Assembly (NCBI RefSeq): GCF_006345805.1
Contig: NC_043015.1
Location: forward strand, 11,160,001-11,224,000
Source: Octopus sinensis
Taxonomy: Eukaryota
Reading direction: 5' to 3'
DNA: 64,000 nucleotides
Position numbers and translations under genes: made by a program
The notes under the pieces: generated by a model
Seen by the model: the letters and a program-made list of their open reading frames with translations, nothing else
Told to the model about the DNA's origin: nothing
Databases searched by the model: none
Shown: in pieces, positions 1 to 11,970 of the stretch
How the letters are laid out: every line of letters starts with the position of its first letter
How positions within the stretch are numbered: position 1 is the first letter of the stretch

Positions 1-2266
1 TTACCAGTATAGAAAAGTGGTCTAGTGCATTATTCTGGTATAAGTTCTACCGACTTCAGTAGTAAGCTCTGGCATTTTCCAACGAAATCTTTTCCTGACC
101 TCCCTCAAAGCCTCCACAACCATATATTCAGAGAGATCACAGTAGATGTAAAATATGCCCTTCCTGTAGAAAAAGGAGATCATCATATTCATTCCAGGAG
201 ACTTGTTTGCCTGCCATCTTGTGTCCAGTGTAAAACAAAATGACCAGCTCAAACATGCTAATCCACAAAGCAGTCTAGAGCATTTCATAATCTTCTGTAG
301 TGTAGGCGTCCAGTTTAACTCCAAACTTAATTACATAGCGAGCGCTTAAATTGTTGCCACACCCAGACTGCATTCTGTGAACTAGTCAGCTGTGACAAGC
401 AATGGGTATTAGGGCGTGTTCAAAGAGTTGTTACAGCCCTCCCTTTCGATCTAGGACAACAATTTGGAATATAGGCTTATTATAAATATAGAGTGATATA
501 CTAAAAGTACAATTATCTACAAGTGTTATAACTGCCTCTCCTAAAAAATAGTGCCAAGAAGTCTCAAAACTTCTGGAACGCTCAATGTAATACAAAGTTA
601 TAAGCACTCTTTTGAGATACGAAATTGAAACTGATTGAAGTGGGATTTTGTATTACATATCAGCATGTTGCCCATGTCCCTTATGTCAATCAAAATTATA
701 CACGGCCTGTCAATCTTGAATGATATAAAATTACGTCTTCAAATCAAATTTTCTGCTATTTTTTTTTACAATTGATTATACTTTTTGTATCGTTATGGCA
801 TAGTTAGTCAGGTAATTAACCCAGCATGACAGTTAAAACTCTATATTAATAGCATAGAAGATGAAAACGGGAGATTGCCAGACTCATTATATCGTCAGGC
901 AAAACGTTTTAATCCGGGAAGTCGAAACGCCCAGAGATCGATTCTAATCTGTGATCATTTTGGAGTCAATGAAATAATGACCAGTCAAGTGTTGCCAAAT
1001 GTCTTATTATAAATGATTGATGTCACCTTCTAACTTTCTGGTCAAGATAAAAAAAAAATATTGCGTGTAATTTGAATATTTCTAATATAATATGAATTAT
1101 AATAACAAATGCAATATAGAAATTTACCCATTTATATAAATTAAAATTTTCTACCTTCTGGCATAGGCATTTTCTCTGAATATAACCTTTATAATATGAT
1201 ATATCTAATCAGCCTCCGTCAAAGAATTCAGTTTTGGCGGGTGACATATGCAATTATCCTGTCGGATGTTTTAATCTATTATGGTACCTATTTCTTATTT
1301 TTTACTGTTTTTTTTTATCTCACACGCTCGGATGCCTCAATAGTTTAATATGAGCACTCTACCGTTTTTCGTTTTTTTTTTAAATCGTTCTAGTTTTCCC
1401 CCTCTTCTCTAATTCTCAGCATTTTTCGTCTCGCTGAAACGCTGTAGCAGTGTTATGTTAGCAGTGTGACTTTTGCACTGTCTTTTTTTTCGCTCATTCT
1501 CTTTCCATATTTCTTTCTTTCTCTGTCTCCTTCTTTCTCCATATTTCATACCCTTTATTTATTTCACTGCAATTTATCATTTTCTGTTTCATCTTCCTCC
1601 TCTCTTATTCTGTTTCAATATTCATTACGACCTAATTGAGCAATACTCATTATAGAGCTACGATTTAATGTTTACATCGAACATTTACATAGGAATGATA
1701 GTATAGATGATTTAGCGGGAAAAATCAACTGACACACTAAGAGGACTTGGCCCACATATCTATATCTTGTAGAATACGTTGCTCATCATATAGGTATATG
1801 TTTCGAAAATTATTAGTAACCCTCTCTATGTTTCAAACTGGTTTTGTTATGATTATATATAAACTGTCCACTTTTGAATTGATGTGAAAGCTGGAGCGTC
1901 TTGCCCTAACGGTTCAAACATACCAGTATGAATACACTTGCGGGCTAACCCTTTTTTTTCTGCAGTTACTTTAAAAGGTAGTTGATACAACGATGTAAAC
2001 TTTAGTCCGTTTTCGAGAGAAGTTACTACTAGCTACGTTTGAAGCCTTCTTTGAAGAGTTAGATGTAAGTTTACCTGAAAAAAACATAATACAGTTTATA
2101 CATATTCTCCTTTAATTATTTACTAACAAAACCTAGTGCTCCAATTATGATTGGTATGGATATGAATTCATAGTTTGGATATAGAAGTTAGAGGTTTCGA
2201 AGCAGCTGTCCGTATATATCCTCTTTTACTTTTATTTTCGAAGAGATATGTACGTATGTATGTATG

Positions 2267-2408
2267 GATGGATGGATGGATGGATGGATGGATGGATGGA
2301 TGGATGGATGGATAGTTAGATGGATGGATGGGTGGATGGACGGACGGATGGATTGATGGATCGGTGGGTTGATGGATCGATGGATCGATGGGTCGATGGA
2401 TCGATGGG
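2267..2408. repeat. (GGAT)n tetranucleotide microsatellite with degenerate GGATC/GGTC variants
   Basis: Direct reading: ggatggatgg... decaying into gatggatcgatg units. Confidence 0.95.
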
Positions 2409-2499
2409 TGACATACTTTCTAAAAAGACCTTTCGCTGCCAGAGTCTAGGGTCAGATTTGGTTGTTGAGTCCATCATTGTATTTCTCTATGAGATAGTA

Positions 2500-2770
2500 T
2501 AAGGCAGGCATCCTACTGTTAAGCATAGTGGAATTCATCTTGACGATGACGCTGGTGTCAGATGTCGCTGAGTTGATCTATTAATATTGACGATAGTATT
2601 TAAAAGTGAATCCAGCAGCATCAAAAACCTCGTCAGTTACACCTGGGTCGCCATAACACGAATGTGTATAGTAAGGACGAAAAGTCAATATATGATGCAG
2701 TCATATTCCTCAACTACGACATTTTCACATTTTACTTCTTGATCATTTATCAGAATCCAAAGTCAATGAA
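2500..2770 (-). mobile_element. Highly degenerate RTE-like LINE RT C-terminal fragment
   Basis: Minus-strand pieces LINDQEVKCENVV...GVTDEVFDAAGFTFKIL loosely follow the RTE 'ING..L..V..FKYLGS...EV..R' region; stops and frameshifts present. Confidence 0.3.
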
Positions 2771-2879
2771 CAGAAACAAGGAGTCAGCGGTGTCTACGTA
2801 GTAAATCTTCAGCTTTTACTCCTTCCTTTCTCTCCCCTCCATCTCTGGTGCTACTACATACGTACATACATACACACAC

Positions 2880-2918
<39 letters not shown>

Positions 2919-3093
2919 TGTGTATGTGTATGCTAGAAATAGTGAGTCATGTTTCTGATAGGCTTCCCGTCTTACTGTAGCTAAAGAGCATTACTACATT
3001 GTCGAAGTTATGATAGCGATGTTTTAGTCAGGTTTCAAATTTATACTCAGTAGCCTATATGTACATACATACATATGTGTGTGTGAGAGAGAG

Positions 3094-3142
<49 letters not shown>

Positions 3143-3714
3143 TATATATATATAATATATATAAATATACATATATATGTATATGCGAATATATGTGTAT
3201 ATATATGTATACGAATATATATACATGTTTGCGGGTGGGTGCACCTGTGTATATATACTTATATTCATATGTGTGTGTGTCTCTGTATGTCTGTGTTTGT
3301 GTGTGTTCGTGTTATACTTCCCTCTGTCTTCTAAAGTTTTTGATTTTTTATAAATTTGCTGATGGCTATTTTGGTTTCAGCAGGTTTCAATGAGTCATTT
3401 ATCCACTAGTATAGCTAACGGGAATTTCTGAAATTACTAATACAATGTCTGTGAATAGATAAGAAAGAAGGAAATCTGAAGCGAAAAAGATCGAAAGTGC
3501 AGATAATCTTGTTGTCACTCTCGCTCAGATTAGTAATTTTTCTTTTAATTTGTCTTTGAGAGGATTTTTTGTTTGTTCTTTATTTTTTAAATAGGAAGGT
3601 AAAACGCCAATGAGGAGATGAACGTTATCGTAAGGACCATAGTAATTATGATTTTGATGCTGATAAAGACGACGACGTCAATAAGGATGACAACCACACC
3701 ACCACCACAAAGAC

Positions 3715-3715
3715 A

Positions 3716-3772
<57 letters not shown>

Positions 3773-3800
3773 GTGAAGACGATTATGACGATAATGATGG
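3715..3800. repeat. (GAT)n trinucleotide microsatellite
   Basis: gatgatgatg... run. Confidence 0.95.
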
Positions 3801-4159
3801 TGAAGAGGTTAGTAAAGCTATTGTTGCGTTAGTTACATAGTCCGGTGCTGTCGATTGATAAAATTGCTGTCTAGAAGTGACCACGTCGCTCTTTACTATA
3901 TCTTTGATTACTTTCTTTCTCGTAACAAAAAGACTGGAAACATTTACTCAAATTTTTTTGGCTATCACGTCGGATCTGGTAAATCAATTAGAATTTTAAT
4001 CTTGTAAAGCAATTAGAATGTTTGCTTCGAATCCTTAACGAAGATGCTTGTCCTGCCAGATATACGAGGCAAATTACTCTGCAATCACTTTATTCAATCT
4101 CCAGTTTCGAAAATTGATATTGGAAAAATTAGTAAAATATGCTCAGACCACCGAGTGAG

Positions 4160-4550
4160 GAAACACATTTCCTTAAGAGCTACAGTATGATGAATCATAT
4201 CTCCAATCTATCACAACTTTTAGAACAAGCAAAAGAATAAAAGACGCTTCGGTGCATCGCTTTCGTAGACAAGGAAATCTTAGGATAGTGTCGAAATGAA
4301 CTGGAGTTGTGGAAACGGAAGGCGCCAAGGTACAATGCACCAAACTGCTCAAGGATGCGAACTTTTCATGTAACACTGATGTGGATGAACTGCATCATAA
4401 GACGTCATTAAAAGCCATTCCTCCATATATTTTCAGCTAATGTCTATAAATGGCCCTCGGAGACATTGACTGGACAGGTGGAGTGAATACAAATGGCTAA
4501 ATACCTACACAACTCCAAGTTGCAGATGATGTCGTCCTCATCGCCCAAAC
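4160..4550 (+). mobile_element. RTE-clade LINE reverse transcriptase fragment (pseudogenised)
   Basis: Translates with stops and shifts to FLKSYSMMNHISNLSQLLEQAKE*KTLRCIAFVD... and ...QLQVADDVVLIAQ, matching RT motifs 'S..DHI..L.QL.EK..E....C+AFVD' and 'FADD'. Confidence 0.75.
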
Positions 4551-4820
4551 TACATATCTGTTGTAGACCAAAGTTCAGCTTCAGGCCTTAGGTTTCAAAG
4601 CATCAAAGTTTCAAAGCACAAAAGGTTTCAAACCATAAAAGAAATCGAGTTCCGAAAGCGTAGCATAAATAATACATATACACAAACATATATGTGTGTG
4701 TGTGCGTTTGTGTGTGTTGTACGTGTGTATGTGCAGTTTTGAGTGTGTGTGGGTATGGGTGGCTGTATTTGTATGTATATGTATATATATATATATATAT
4801 ATATGCGTGTGTGTGTATGC

Positions 4821-4872
<52 letters not shown>

Positions 4873-4989
4873 GTATATATGTTTTTATATATATATATAT
4901 GCACATACATATACATATATTTGTATACGTATATGCATGTGCATATGCAAATGTCGGTAAAGGTGTTTATATGTGTTTATGTATGTATG

Positions 4990-5024
4990 TATAGATAGAG
5001 AGATATATAAATTAGACAAATAGT

Positions 5025-5121
<97 letters not shown>

Positions 5122-5122
5122 G
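4990..5122. repeat. (GATA)n microsatellite
   Basis: tagatagata... about 25 units. Confidence 0.95.
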
Positions 5123-5663
5123 GAACAGTAGTTACCCACGTGCATTTTTCCTAGTTCTGCCATACCCTTCATGTGCTTTCTTATCTCTTCATTTCGTTTC
5201 GTTTGTAGGTAATTTTGTTCGTATTCATTCACGGACGTTGTCGGAATCGATCTTTTTTCATCTATACGTTTTACTTTATAAGTTTTTCCCTTGTTTCACT
5301 TATACACCAATAATTTTTGTTTCAAAGAGTGCCTCCAGACCATTAATTTTGTTGATGGTTGTAAATCGATTAGATCGAATGCATTACCCAATTTTTACTT
5401 ATTTTTCATCGACCCCGAATGTAATCTTCCCCGTTGGCATTTGAGCTCAAATCGCACGGAGACGTTGCTATGCATTTTGTCCACTGCGGTAGTGATTCTA
5501 CTAGTGAGATTCCCTTTGTAATAATCCCATGAAGCTCCATGGATTATCGTTGCTTCTTCCGTATGATTTTCTTTTTACTAATATATATATTTTAGAGACG
5601 TGAATACCTTTATTTCCTGTAAGAATCGACGGAGTATCGTATAACATGACCAGTCATTTTTGG

Positions 5664-5702
5664 TGTAAAGAGAATATACCTGACGGGTATATTCTCTTTA
5701 CA
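5664..5702. repeat. Perfect 17-bp inverted repeat with 5-nt loop
   Basis: tgtaaagagaatatacc-tgacg-ggtatattctctttaca. Confidence 0.9.
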
Positions 5703-6839
5703 TCCCACCTATTTTGAGGATTACAATTACAATCATCCTCATGGGTTTCTATAGATTATGTTGATACAATTTCGTATTCATGATATGGGTCAATCCTAGG
5801 CGAATATAACGTATCTGAGACAGCATGCAATGGAGATAACCGTGGGCCCTCCAGATTTCGAAGTAAACTACCTCACCATTGGTCAGTGTTGTACCTATAC
5901 ACATCCACTCACATACACATACGCAATTATTCATGCACGCATGCACGAATATATCCCCATACTTGCATACGTGCTCATACTTACATACATTCATATATGC
6001 ATATATACACACGTAAATACACATGTGCATACATGCGTACATAAATACATACACAAATAAATACGTGCAAGCGTGTATACTGGGCGTTCTATTCCATACA
6101 GATATTGGTGTTTCTCATAGCTTCAATAATTTTTGAGACATTCTATATCAAAGCAAGAGAGGCAAACAGCAATAAAATATTTTGTACCAATTTCTAAGAC
6201 ATCGTGCATCACCATTCAAAGGTGTTCAAACTTATAAGTATTTCTGATTTAGGCGCAAATCATTGGTTTCCAGAGGAGTGTCATAAGCAGATACAATGGA
6301 TTAGAGTTATTAACATGCACTTTATTTTATGGATCCTTCAGAGATGAAATGCAAATTTCAGTTTCAGAATGTGAAAAGACAGGTAAAAAGAGGGGAGGAA
6401 GTGAGTGGACAAAGTTAGAAAGCTGTGGTTACTAGGGCAACAAAACCCACACTTTGACAAGTGTTTGTCGTTTGTCTCTTTCGCATATCAGCCTGACTTC
6501 CTCCATCTCTCTCTTTCTTGCTTTCCCTTCAATTTCTCTGTATAACGACGTTTGACAGCTTCGTCTCTCTGTCATTCTTTCTTGCACCACCTCTCTCATT
6601 GTACATTTCAGTTTCAGAATGTGATAATGCGAAAGATGTAAGGCATTTTCTCCGATATTCAAAGGATTTCACCAGTATGCCGTTATGGAGCATGCAATTA
6701 AGGATAGACTAAGAGATAAGGGGAAGTGTCTTCTTCAATTAATATAGATTCATAAGTCGAAATTTGCAGTTGTTTTTATCACCGCCAAATTTAAGAATTG
6801 TTTTTACTTGTACAGAGAATAGACAAATGGAAAACCCAC

Positions 6840-6940
6840 TACCACAACTACTACAATCACAAAAATGACTACCACTACCACCATCACTACTACTAATACT
6901 ACTACTACTAATACTACTACTACTAATACTACTACTACTT

Positions 6941-6976
<36 letters not shown>
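6840..6976. repeat. (TAC/ACT)n trinucleotide microsatellite
   Basis: actactacta... with aat and acc variants. Confidence 0.95.
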
Positions 6977-6977
<1 letters not shown>

Positions 6978-7781
6978 GACGGTGATGATGATGATGCAGA
7001 CGTCGACGGCGAAGACAACAACTTCTACATATCGCAAGACGTCATGTGTTCATATTATTTCAAGCTGGGAATAAGATAAACTCATGCCAAAAAAAAAGAT
7101 CAATACTATTGAAAAGTATTATTTGACATAATTTCGGTCTACCATTTTAAGGCAATATTGATTGAATTTTCTTTATTTTCTGACGTTTTTTACCTTTTCT
7201 TTTATTTTTTAATTTGTAGTTATTCTTCGGTAAAGGGAATTAAACATAAAAGAATTTATTAAATTAATTTGGTTCTCGACGACGAAACCTGGTTCATACA
7301 ATATATGTTAATTTAAATGGAGATGCAAATTCCATATCCAAAGAAAATAGTGTTATTCCATTAAAGGCTCTTTTGTACAATTATAGTTTAAATATCACAT
7401 ACAAGAGATGCGATTATCAAAAGTATGTCTTATTATTATAAAGTTGTTTTGCACCAGATGAACTTCGAAATTTTTTTTCCCATCACACCTGACATATATT
7501 GACGAAACGATTTGGTGTAAATATGAATGCATATATATATATGTATGTGTGCGTGTGTGTGCGTATATGTGTGTGTATGTTTGCGTGTGTGTGTGCGTGT
7601 GTATGTGTATGTGTATCTATGGATATGAGTGCGTGTGCGCATAAGTGTGTGTGTATGTACGGATGGATGGGTGTGTGAGGATGGTTGTATGTATGTGTAC
7701 AAAGCATCTTTCAAATCTTATATTATTACACCGATGAACTTAAGTTTGTGTATGTTGAACATATATATATATACATATATA

Positions 7782-7824
<43 letters not shown>

Positions 7825-7827
<3 letters not shown>

Positions 7828-8278
7828 CTCTCTTTTCTCTCTTTTACTTGTTTCAGTCATTTGACTGCGGCCATGCTGGAGCACCGCCTTTAGTCGAGCA
7901 AATCAACCCCGGGACTTATTCTTTGCAAGCCCAGTACTTATTATAGTATCTCGTCTCTTTGCTGAACCGCTAAGTGGCGGGGACGTAAACACACCAGCAT
8001 CGCTTGTCAAACAATGCTAGGGGGACAAACACAGACACACAAACTCACATATACAGAATATATATATCTATATATATATAGATATATATATATATCTATA
8101 TATATATATATATATATATATACGACAGGTTTCTTTCAGTTTCCGTCTACCAAATCCACTCACAAGGCATTGGTCGGCCCGAGGCTATAGTAAAAGACAC
8201 TTGCCCAAGGTGCCACGCAGTGGGACTGAACCCGGAACCATGTGGTTGGTAAGCAAGCTACTTACCACACAGCCACTC
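7825..8278 (-). mobile_element. tRNA-headed SINE family A, near full length, with internal (CA)/(TA)n tract
   Basis: Minus strand: head GAGTGGCTGTGTGGTAAG..GGTTCAGTCCC (Pol III A/B-box-like), GGCACCTTGGGCAAGTGTC domain, tail GGCGGTGCTCCAGCATGGCCGCAGTC; many homologous copies in this window. Confidence 0.9.
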
Positions 8279-8373
8279 ATACATAAACACACATTCCAAA
8301 CTGTAACCACATGTGTACTTTTGGCGATTTTCCTCCGTCTTCTATTTCTCATGGATTTTCCTTTCCCCTGCTT

Positions 8374-8397
8374 CTGAAGAAGAGCTATGCTCGAAAC
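8374..8397 (+). ncRNA. Partial hammerhead-like core (degenerate)
   Basis: CTGAAGA-A-GAGC-TAT-GCTC-GAAAC; stem III, NUH and stem I 3' side decayed; same core and stem II as 63267-63301. Confidence 0.45.
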
Positions 8398-8512
8398 AAA
8401 AAACAACATTTCTTATCGTTCTCTGAGTGTCTTATTAATACATTGGATATACCCCGTCATCACGTTGTTTTTCTTTTCTTGTCCTTTTTTCTTCGTTTTT
8501 TATTAATTATAC

Positions 8513-8672
8513 GGGAGTGGCTGTGTGGTAAGTAGCTTACTAACTAACCACATGGTTCCGGGTTCAGTCCCACTGCGTGGCATCTTGGGCAAGTGTCTCT
8601 TGCTATAGCCTCGGGCCAACCAATGCCCTGTGAGTGGATTGGTAGACGGAAACTGAAAGAAGCTGTCGTATA
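8513..8672 (+). mobile_element. SINE family A, 5' half
   Basis: GGGAGTGGCTGTGTGGTAAGTAGC...GGTTCAGTCCC...GAAACTGAAAGAAGC then (TA)n; inverted relative to 8120-8278. Confidence 0.9.
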
Positions 8673-9002
8673 TATGTATATATGTATATATGTATATATA
8701 TATATATATTATATATATATAATATATATATATATATTTAAAAATTGAGGGAGATAAATTAATATTAATTTTAATATCAATTTAAAACCAGTAGTCCAGC
8801 ATTCAAAAAATCTGGGGAGTCAGAGAAAATTCAAATATATGTGTATATTGGCATGGCTGGCCTGCTAGGTTATCCGGCCAAAATGCTAGAAAAAGATCAT
8901 CAACGATCAAACTACAAGGGAAATTCTCTAGAGGAAGAATTCACGAACACCAGAACCAAATTTGGCGGGCAGGACATATGAAATTAAATAAAAACAGACT
9001 TA

Positions 9003-9078
9003 AATGCATACCTCGGTTTCGGTCTTAACAAAAGAATTACTTGCATAATTCAAGTGTCCGTGACTTCTTCAGTACATT
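9003..9078 (-). ncRNA. Type I hammerhead ribozyme motif (copy 1)
   Basis: Minus: AATGTA CTGAAGA AGTC[insert]GACC GAAA CC-GA-GG TA TGCATT; GUA site; A.C mismatch at base of stem II. Confidence 0.65.
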
Positions 9079-9539
9079 CGGTCCTCCAGATGCAAACTGC
9101 AAGACTAACCCAGCTCTCTGTGTCAAGACAGACACGTGCTTAGTCTTACTGATTACATCGGGAAAAGTTCAAATGTCTTGGTTCTGGCGCGCTAAAGACT
9201 CCTGAAGCGAAGGGCTGTAGTGAATAATTCACTGCGGGTAATGCTTACAACTAGGGAATGTATTTATTTAAATATTTAAAAATTGAGGGAGATAAATTAA
9301 TATTAATTTTAATATCAATTTAAAACCAGTAGTCCAGCATTCAAAAAATCTGAGGAGTCAGAGAATTCAAATATATGTGTATATTGGCAGGGCTGGCCTG
9401 CTAGGTAGCCGCCAGAATGCTAGAAAAAGATCATCAACGATCAAACTACAAGGGAAATTCTCTAGAGAAGAATTCCGCGAACACCAGAACCAAATTTGGC
9501 GGGCAGGACATATGAAAAATTAAATAAAAAACAGACTTA

Positions 9540-9615
9540 AATGCATACCTCGGTTTCGGTCTTAACAGAAGAATTACTTGCATAATTCAAGTGTCCGTGA
9601 CTTCTTCAGTACATT
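9540..9615 (-). ncRNA. Type I hammerhead ribozyme motif (copy 2)
   Basis: Same motif as 9003-9078, 537 nt away on the same strand. Confidence 0.65.
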
Positions 9616-9644
9616 CGGTCCTCGAGATGCAAACCGCAGGACCG

Positions 9645-9720
9645 AATGTACTGAAGAAGTCACGGACACTTGAATTATGCAAGTAATTCTTTTGTTAAGA
9701 CCGAAACCGAGGTATGCATT
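9645..9720 (+). ncRNA. Type I hammerhead ribozyme motif (copy 3, inverted arm)
   Basis: aatgta ctgaaga agtc...gacc gaaa ccgagg ta tgcatt; predicted cleavage after A9714. Confidence 0.65.
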
Positions 9721-9876
9721 TAAGTCTGTTTTTTATTTATTTTTTCATATGTCCTGCCCGCCAAATTTGGTTCTGGTGTTCGCTGAATTCTTCCTCTAGA
9801 GAATTTCCCTTGTAGTTTGATCGTTGATGATCTTTTTCTAGCATTCTGGCCGCTACCTAGCAGGCCAGCCCTGCCA

Positions 9877-9945
<69 letters not shown>

Positions 9946-9999
9946 TATATATATATATATGATATACTATATATATATGTATGTGTATGTATATATATA

Positions 10000-10256
10000 T
10001 ATAACCAGAAATCCTTGGATCTTGAATTATTCAATAATTTTGCTTGTATGTTTGTCCCTCCGCTTTACCTCATGGTGCGATATGAACATTTAACGTGGTA
10101 CTATAGTCAGTGTTTCGACTGCTATTTCGGCATGTTGGTGTCTTTTAGACACCCTCATTTTTAATTGTTAAAAATGTTCTTACCTTTGTAAGGTATTTCT
10201 TCATGCTGACCACTTGATAATTTCGACACTTAAATATCGATATTATCCTCATATAT
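10000..10256 (-). mobile_element. Penelope-type pLTR terminal fragment
   Basis: Minus strand begins TATGAGGATAATATCGATATTTAAGTGTCGAAATTATCAAGTGGTCAGCATG, similar to the terminus at 8736; flanked by (TA)n. Confidence 0.4.
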
Positions 10257-10258
10257 AA

Positions 10259-10344
<86 letters not shown>

Positions 10345-10349
<5 letters not shown>

Positions 10350-10557
10350 ACGTGTTTGTGTGTTTGTCCCCCTAGCATTGCTTGACAACCGATGCTGGTG
10401 TGTTTACGTCCCCGTCACTTAGCGATTCGGCAAAAGAGAGCGATAGAATAAGTACTGGGCTTACAAAGAATAAGTCTTGGGGTCGAATTGCTCGACTAAA
10501 GGCGGTGCTGCAGCATGGCTGCAGTCAAATGACTGAATCAAGTAAAAGAGTAAAAGA

Positions 10558-10560
<3 letters not shown>
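10345..10560 (+). mobile_element. SINE family A, 3' half
   Basis: gtttgtccccctagcattgcttgacaacc...ggcggtgctgcagcatggctgcagtcaaatgactgaa..aaaagagtaaaagag; complements the 5' half at 8513-8672. Confidence 0.9.
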
Positions 10561-10626
<66 letters not shown>

Positions 10627-10725
10627 TTCATAAATATTTATATACACATACACATATACAAATATAACTTACCAGTGGGGTATAATTTAAATATATTATA
10701 TATATATACAAAACAGGACGAGAAC

Positions 10726-11590
10726 GAAAACATTCGGACAGCTTGGTGATACAAATAGGGACAACGAAACATCAAGATAGACGATAGAAAGAAAACAAGT
10801 ACGGGTCATTCGAAGTTTTCATTTCTCAGTCAAGCACCAGATTATCCTCGCAATTTAGACCGATTATTCTTGGGATACTTGATCTAATCTGGCAAGTCCC
10901 AAAGTAAAACTAAGCTATGAGCATTAGACTCCTTGGAAGAGAGCAGCGAACGTATAGAAACAAGGACGGAAAAAACGGACAATGTTACACAAATATAAAT
11001 AAAATTTAAAAATACAATAAACATAATAAGCAGACATCACCACTCTGTCCCTGTCATTTTTGCCGCCCTTCCTCAATTCTTCTGACCCTCTCCTTCGACT
11101 TCTCTCTATTCTCTTCCCACGTGACCGCGACCAAGCCTGTTCATTCTTTCTTGATCTGACCGTTGTCCGTGCAACATCGATATTCTTCCCTGTGTTTGCG
11201 AAACCACTGCATCTCTGCCGTAAGGCTTCATTTGCACACGCGCCAGCTTAATTCAATTCGTCCTTAGTTGAAAAACACATGTTGTTATCTCCTGCTATTA
11301 TTTTTATTGCATTTATATTTGTGTAACATTGTCCGTTTTTTTCCGTCCATGTTTTTGTATACATTTGTTGCTTTCTTCCAAGGAAGCTAATGCTCTTAGC
11401 TTAGTTTTTTCTTGGGGCTGGCTGTATTGGAGCAGTCTCGAAAATAATCAGCCGAAATTGCGATGATAATCTGGTGCTTGACTGAGGAAAGAAATTCGAA
11501 TGGCCTGTCCTTCTTTTCTTTGTATCGAAGATCTGGATCTTTTGTTGTCCTTTTTTGTATCACCTACCTGTCCGGATCAAACAAATTTTT
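10726..11590. repeat. Diverged long inverted repeat (~310-bp arms, ~245-bp spacer), probably Penelope-type pLTR; related copy at 45960-46165
   Basis: e.g. ctcagtcaagcaccagattatcctcgcaattt versus aaattgcgatgataatctggtgcttgactgag; aaactaagctatgagcattag versus ctaatgctcttagcttagttt. Confidence 0.75.
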
Positions 11591-11870
11591 CGCACTTCAA
11601 CATTATAGACATTGATTATATATATATACACACACACATATATATATGTATATATATATATATTATATATATATATATAAATTAACACAATATACTGATT
11701 AATAATATATGCTATGATTGTGCATTGGTATATAGGCGATAATAATTCACCGTTCTAAAAGACTTGTGGCGAGAATATTAAACTTTTGCGCCTGTCAACA
11801 CTTTCTCAATATAGAATACAGACAGATGTACAAAAGAGAGAGGTGGGGTGCAAGTAAGAGTGACAAAGAG

Positions 11871-11970
11871 NNNNNNNNNNNNNNNNNNNNNNNNNNNNNN
11901 NNNNNNNNNNNNNNNNNNNNNNNNNNNNNNNNNNNNNNNNNNNNNNNNNNNNNNNNNNNNNNNNNNNNNN
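11871..11970. other. Assembly gap (100 N)
   Basis: Run of N. Confidence 1.

Larger units (their letters stand above)
8736..9890. mobile_element. Non-coding Penelope-type pseudo-LTR array: 538-bp direct tandem unit plus ~250-bp fold-back inverted copy
   Basis: atttaaaaattgagggagataaatt starts at 8736 and 9274; 9371-9622 is inverted at 9638-9890 around a 15-nt loop; each copy carries a hammerhead motif; no ORF. Confidence 0.75.

Noticed and set aside
1-420. Possible Tc1-like or LINE coding relic on the minus strand (GVKLDAY...QDG)
   Set aside because: The motifs are too decayed to assign a family.
1966-2064. Exon-like segment with strong acceptor (ttttttttctgcag) and GTAAGT donor
   Set aside because: All three frames contain stops; it could only be non-coding or use an inner acceptor, with no supporting evidence.
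8513-8580. SINE heads as genuine tRNA genes
   Set aside because: A/B-box-like motifs continue into SINE bodies, with no complete cloverleaf.
8736-9890. Tandem or periodic arrays as a possible CRISPR array
   Set aside because: No short repeat with unique spacers anywhere; the context is eukaryotic and the repeats are long pLTR units or microsatellites.
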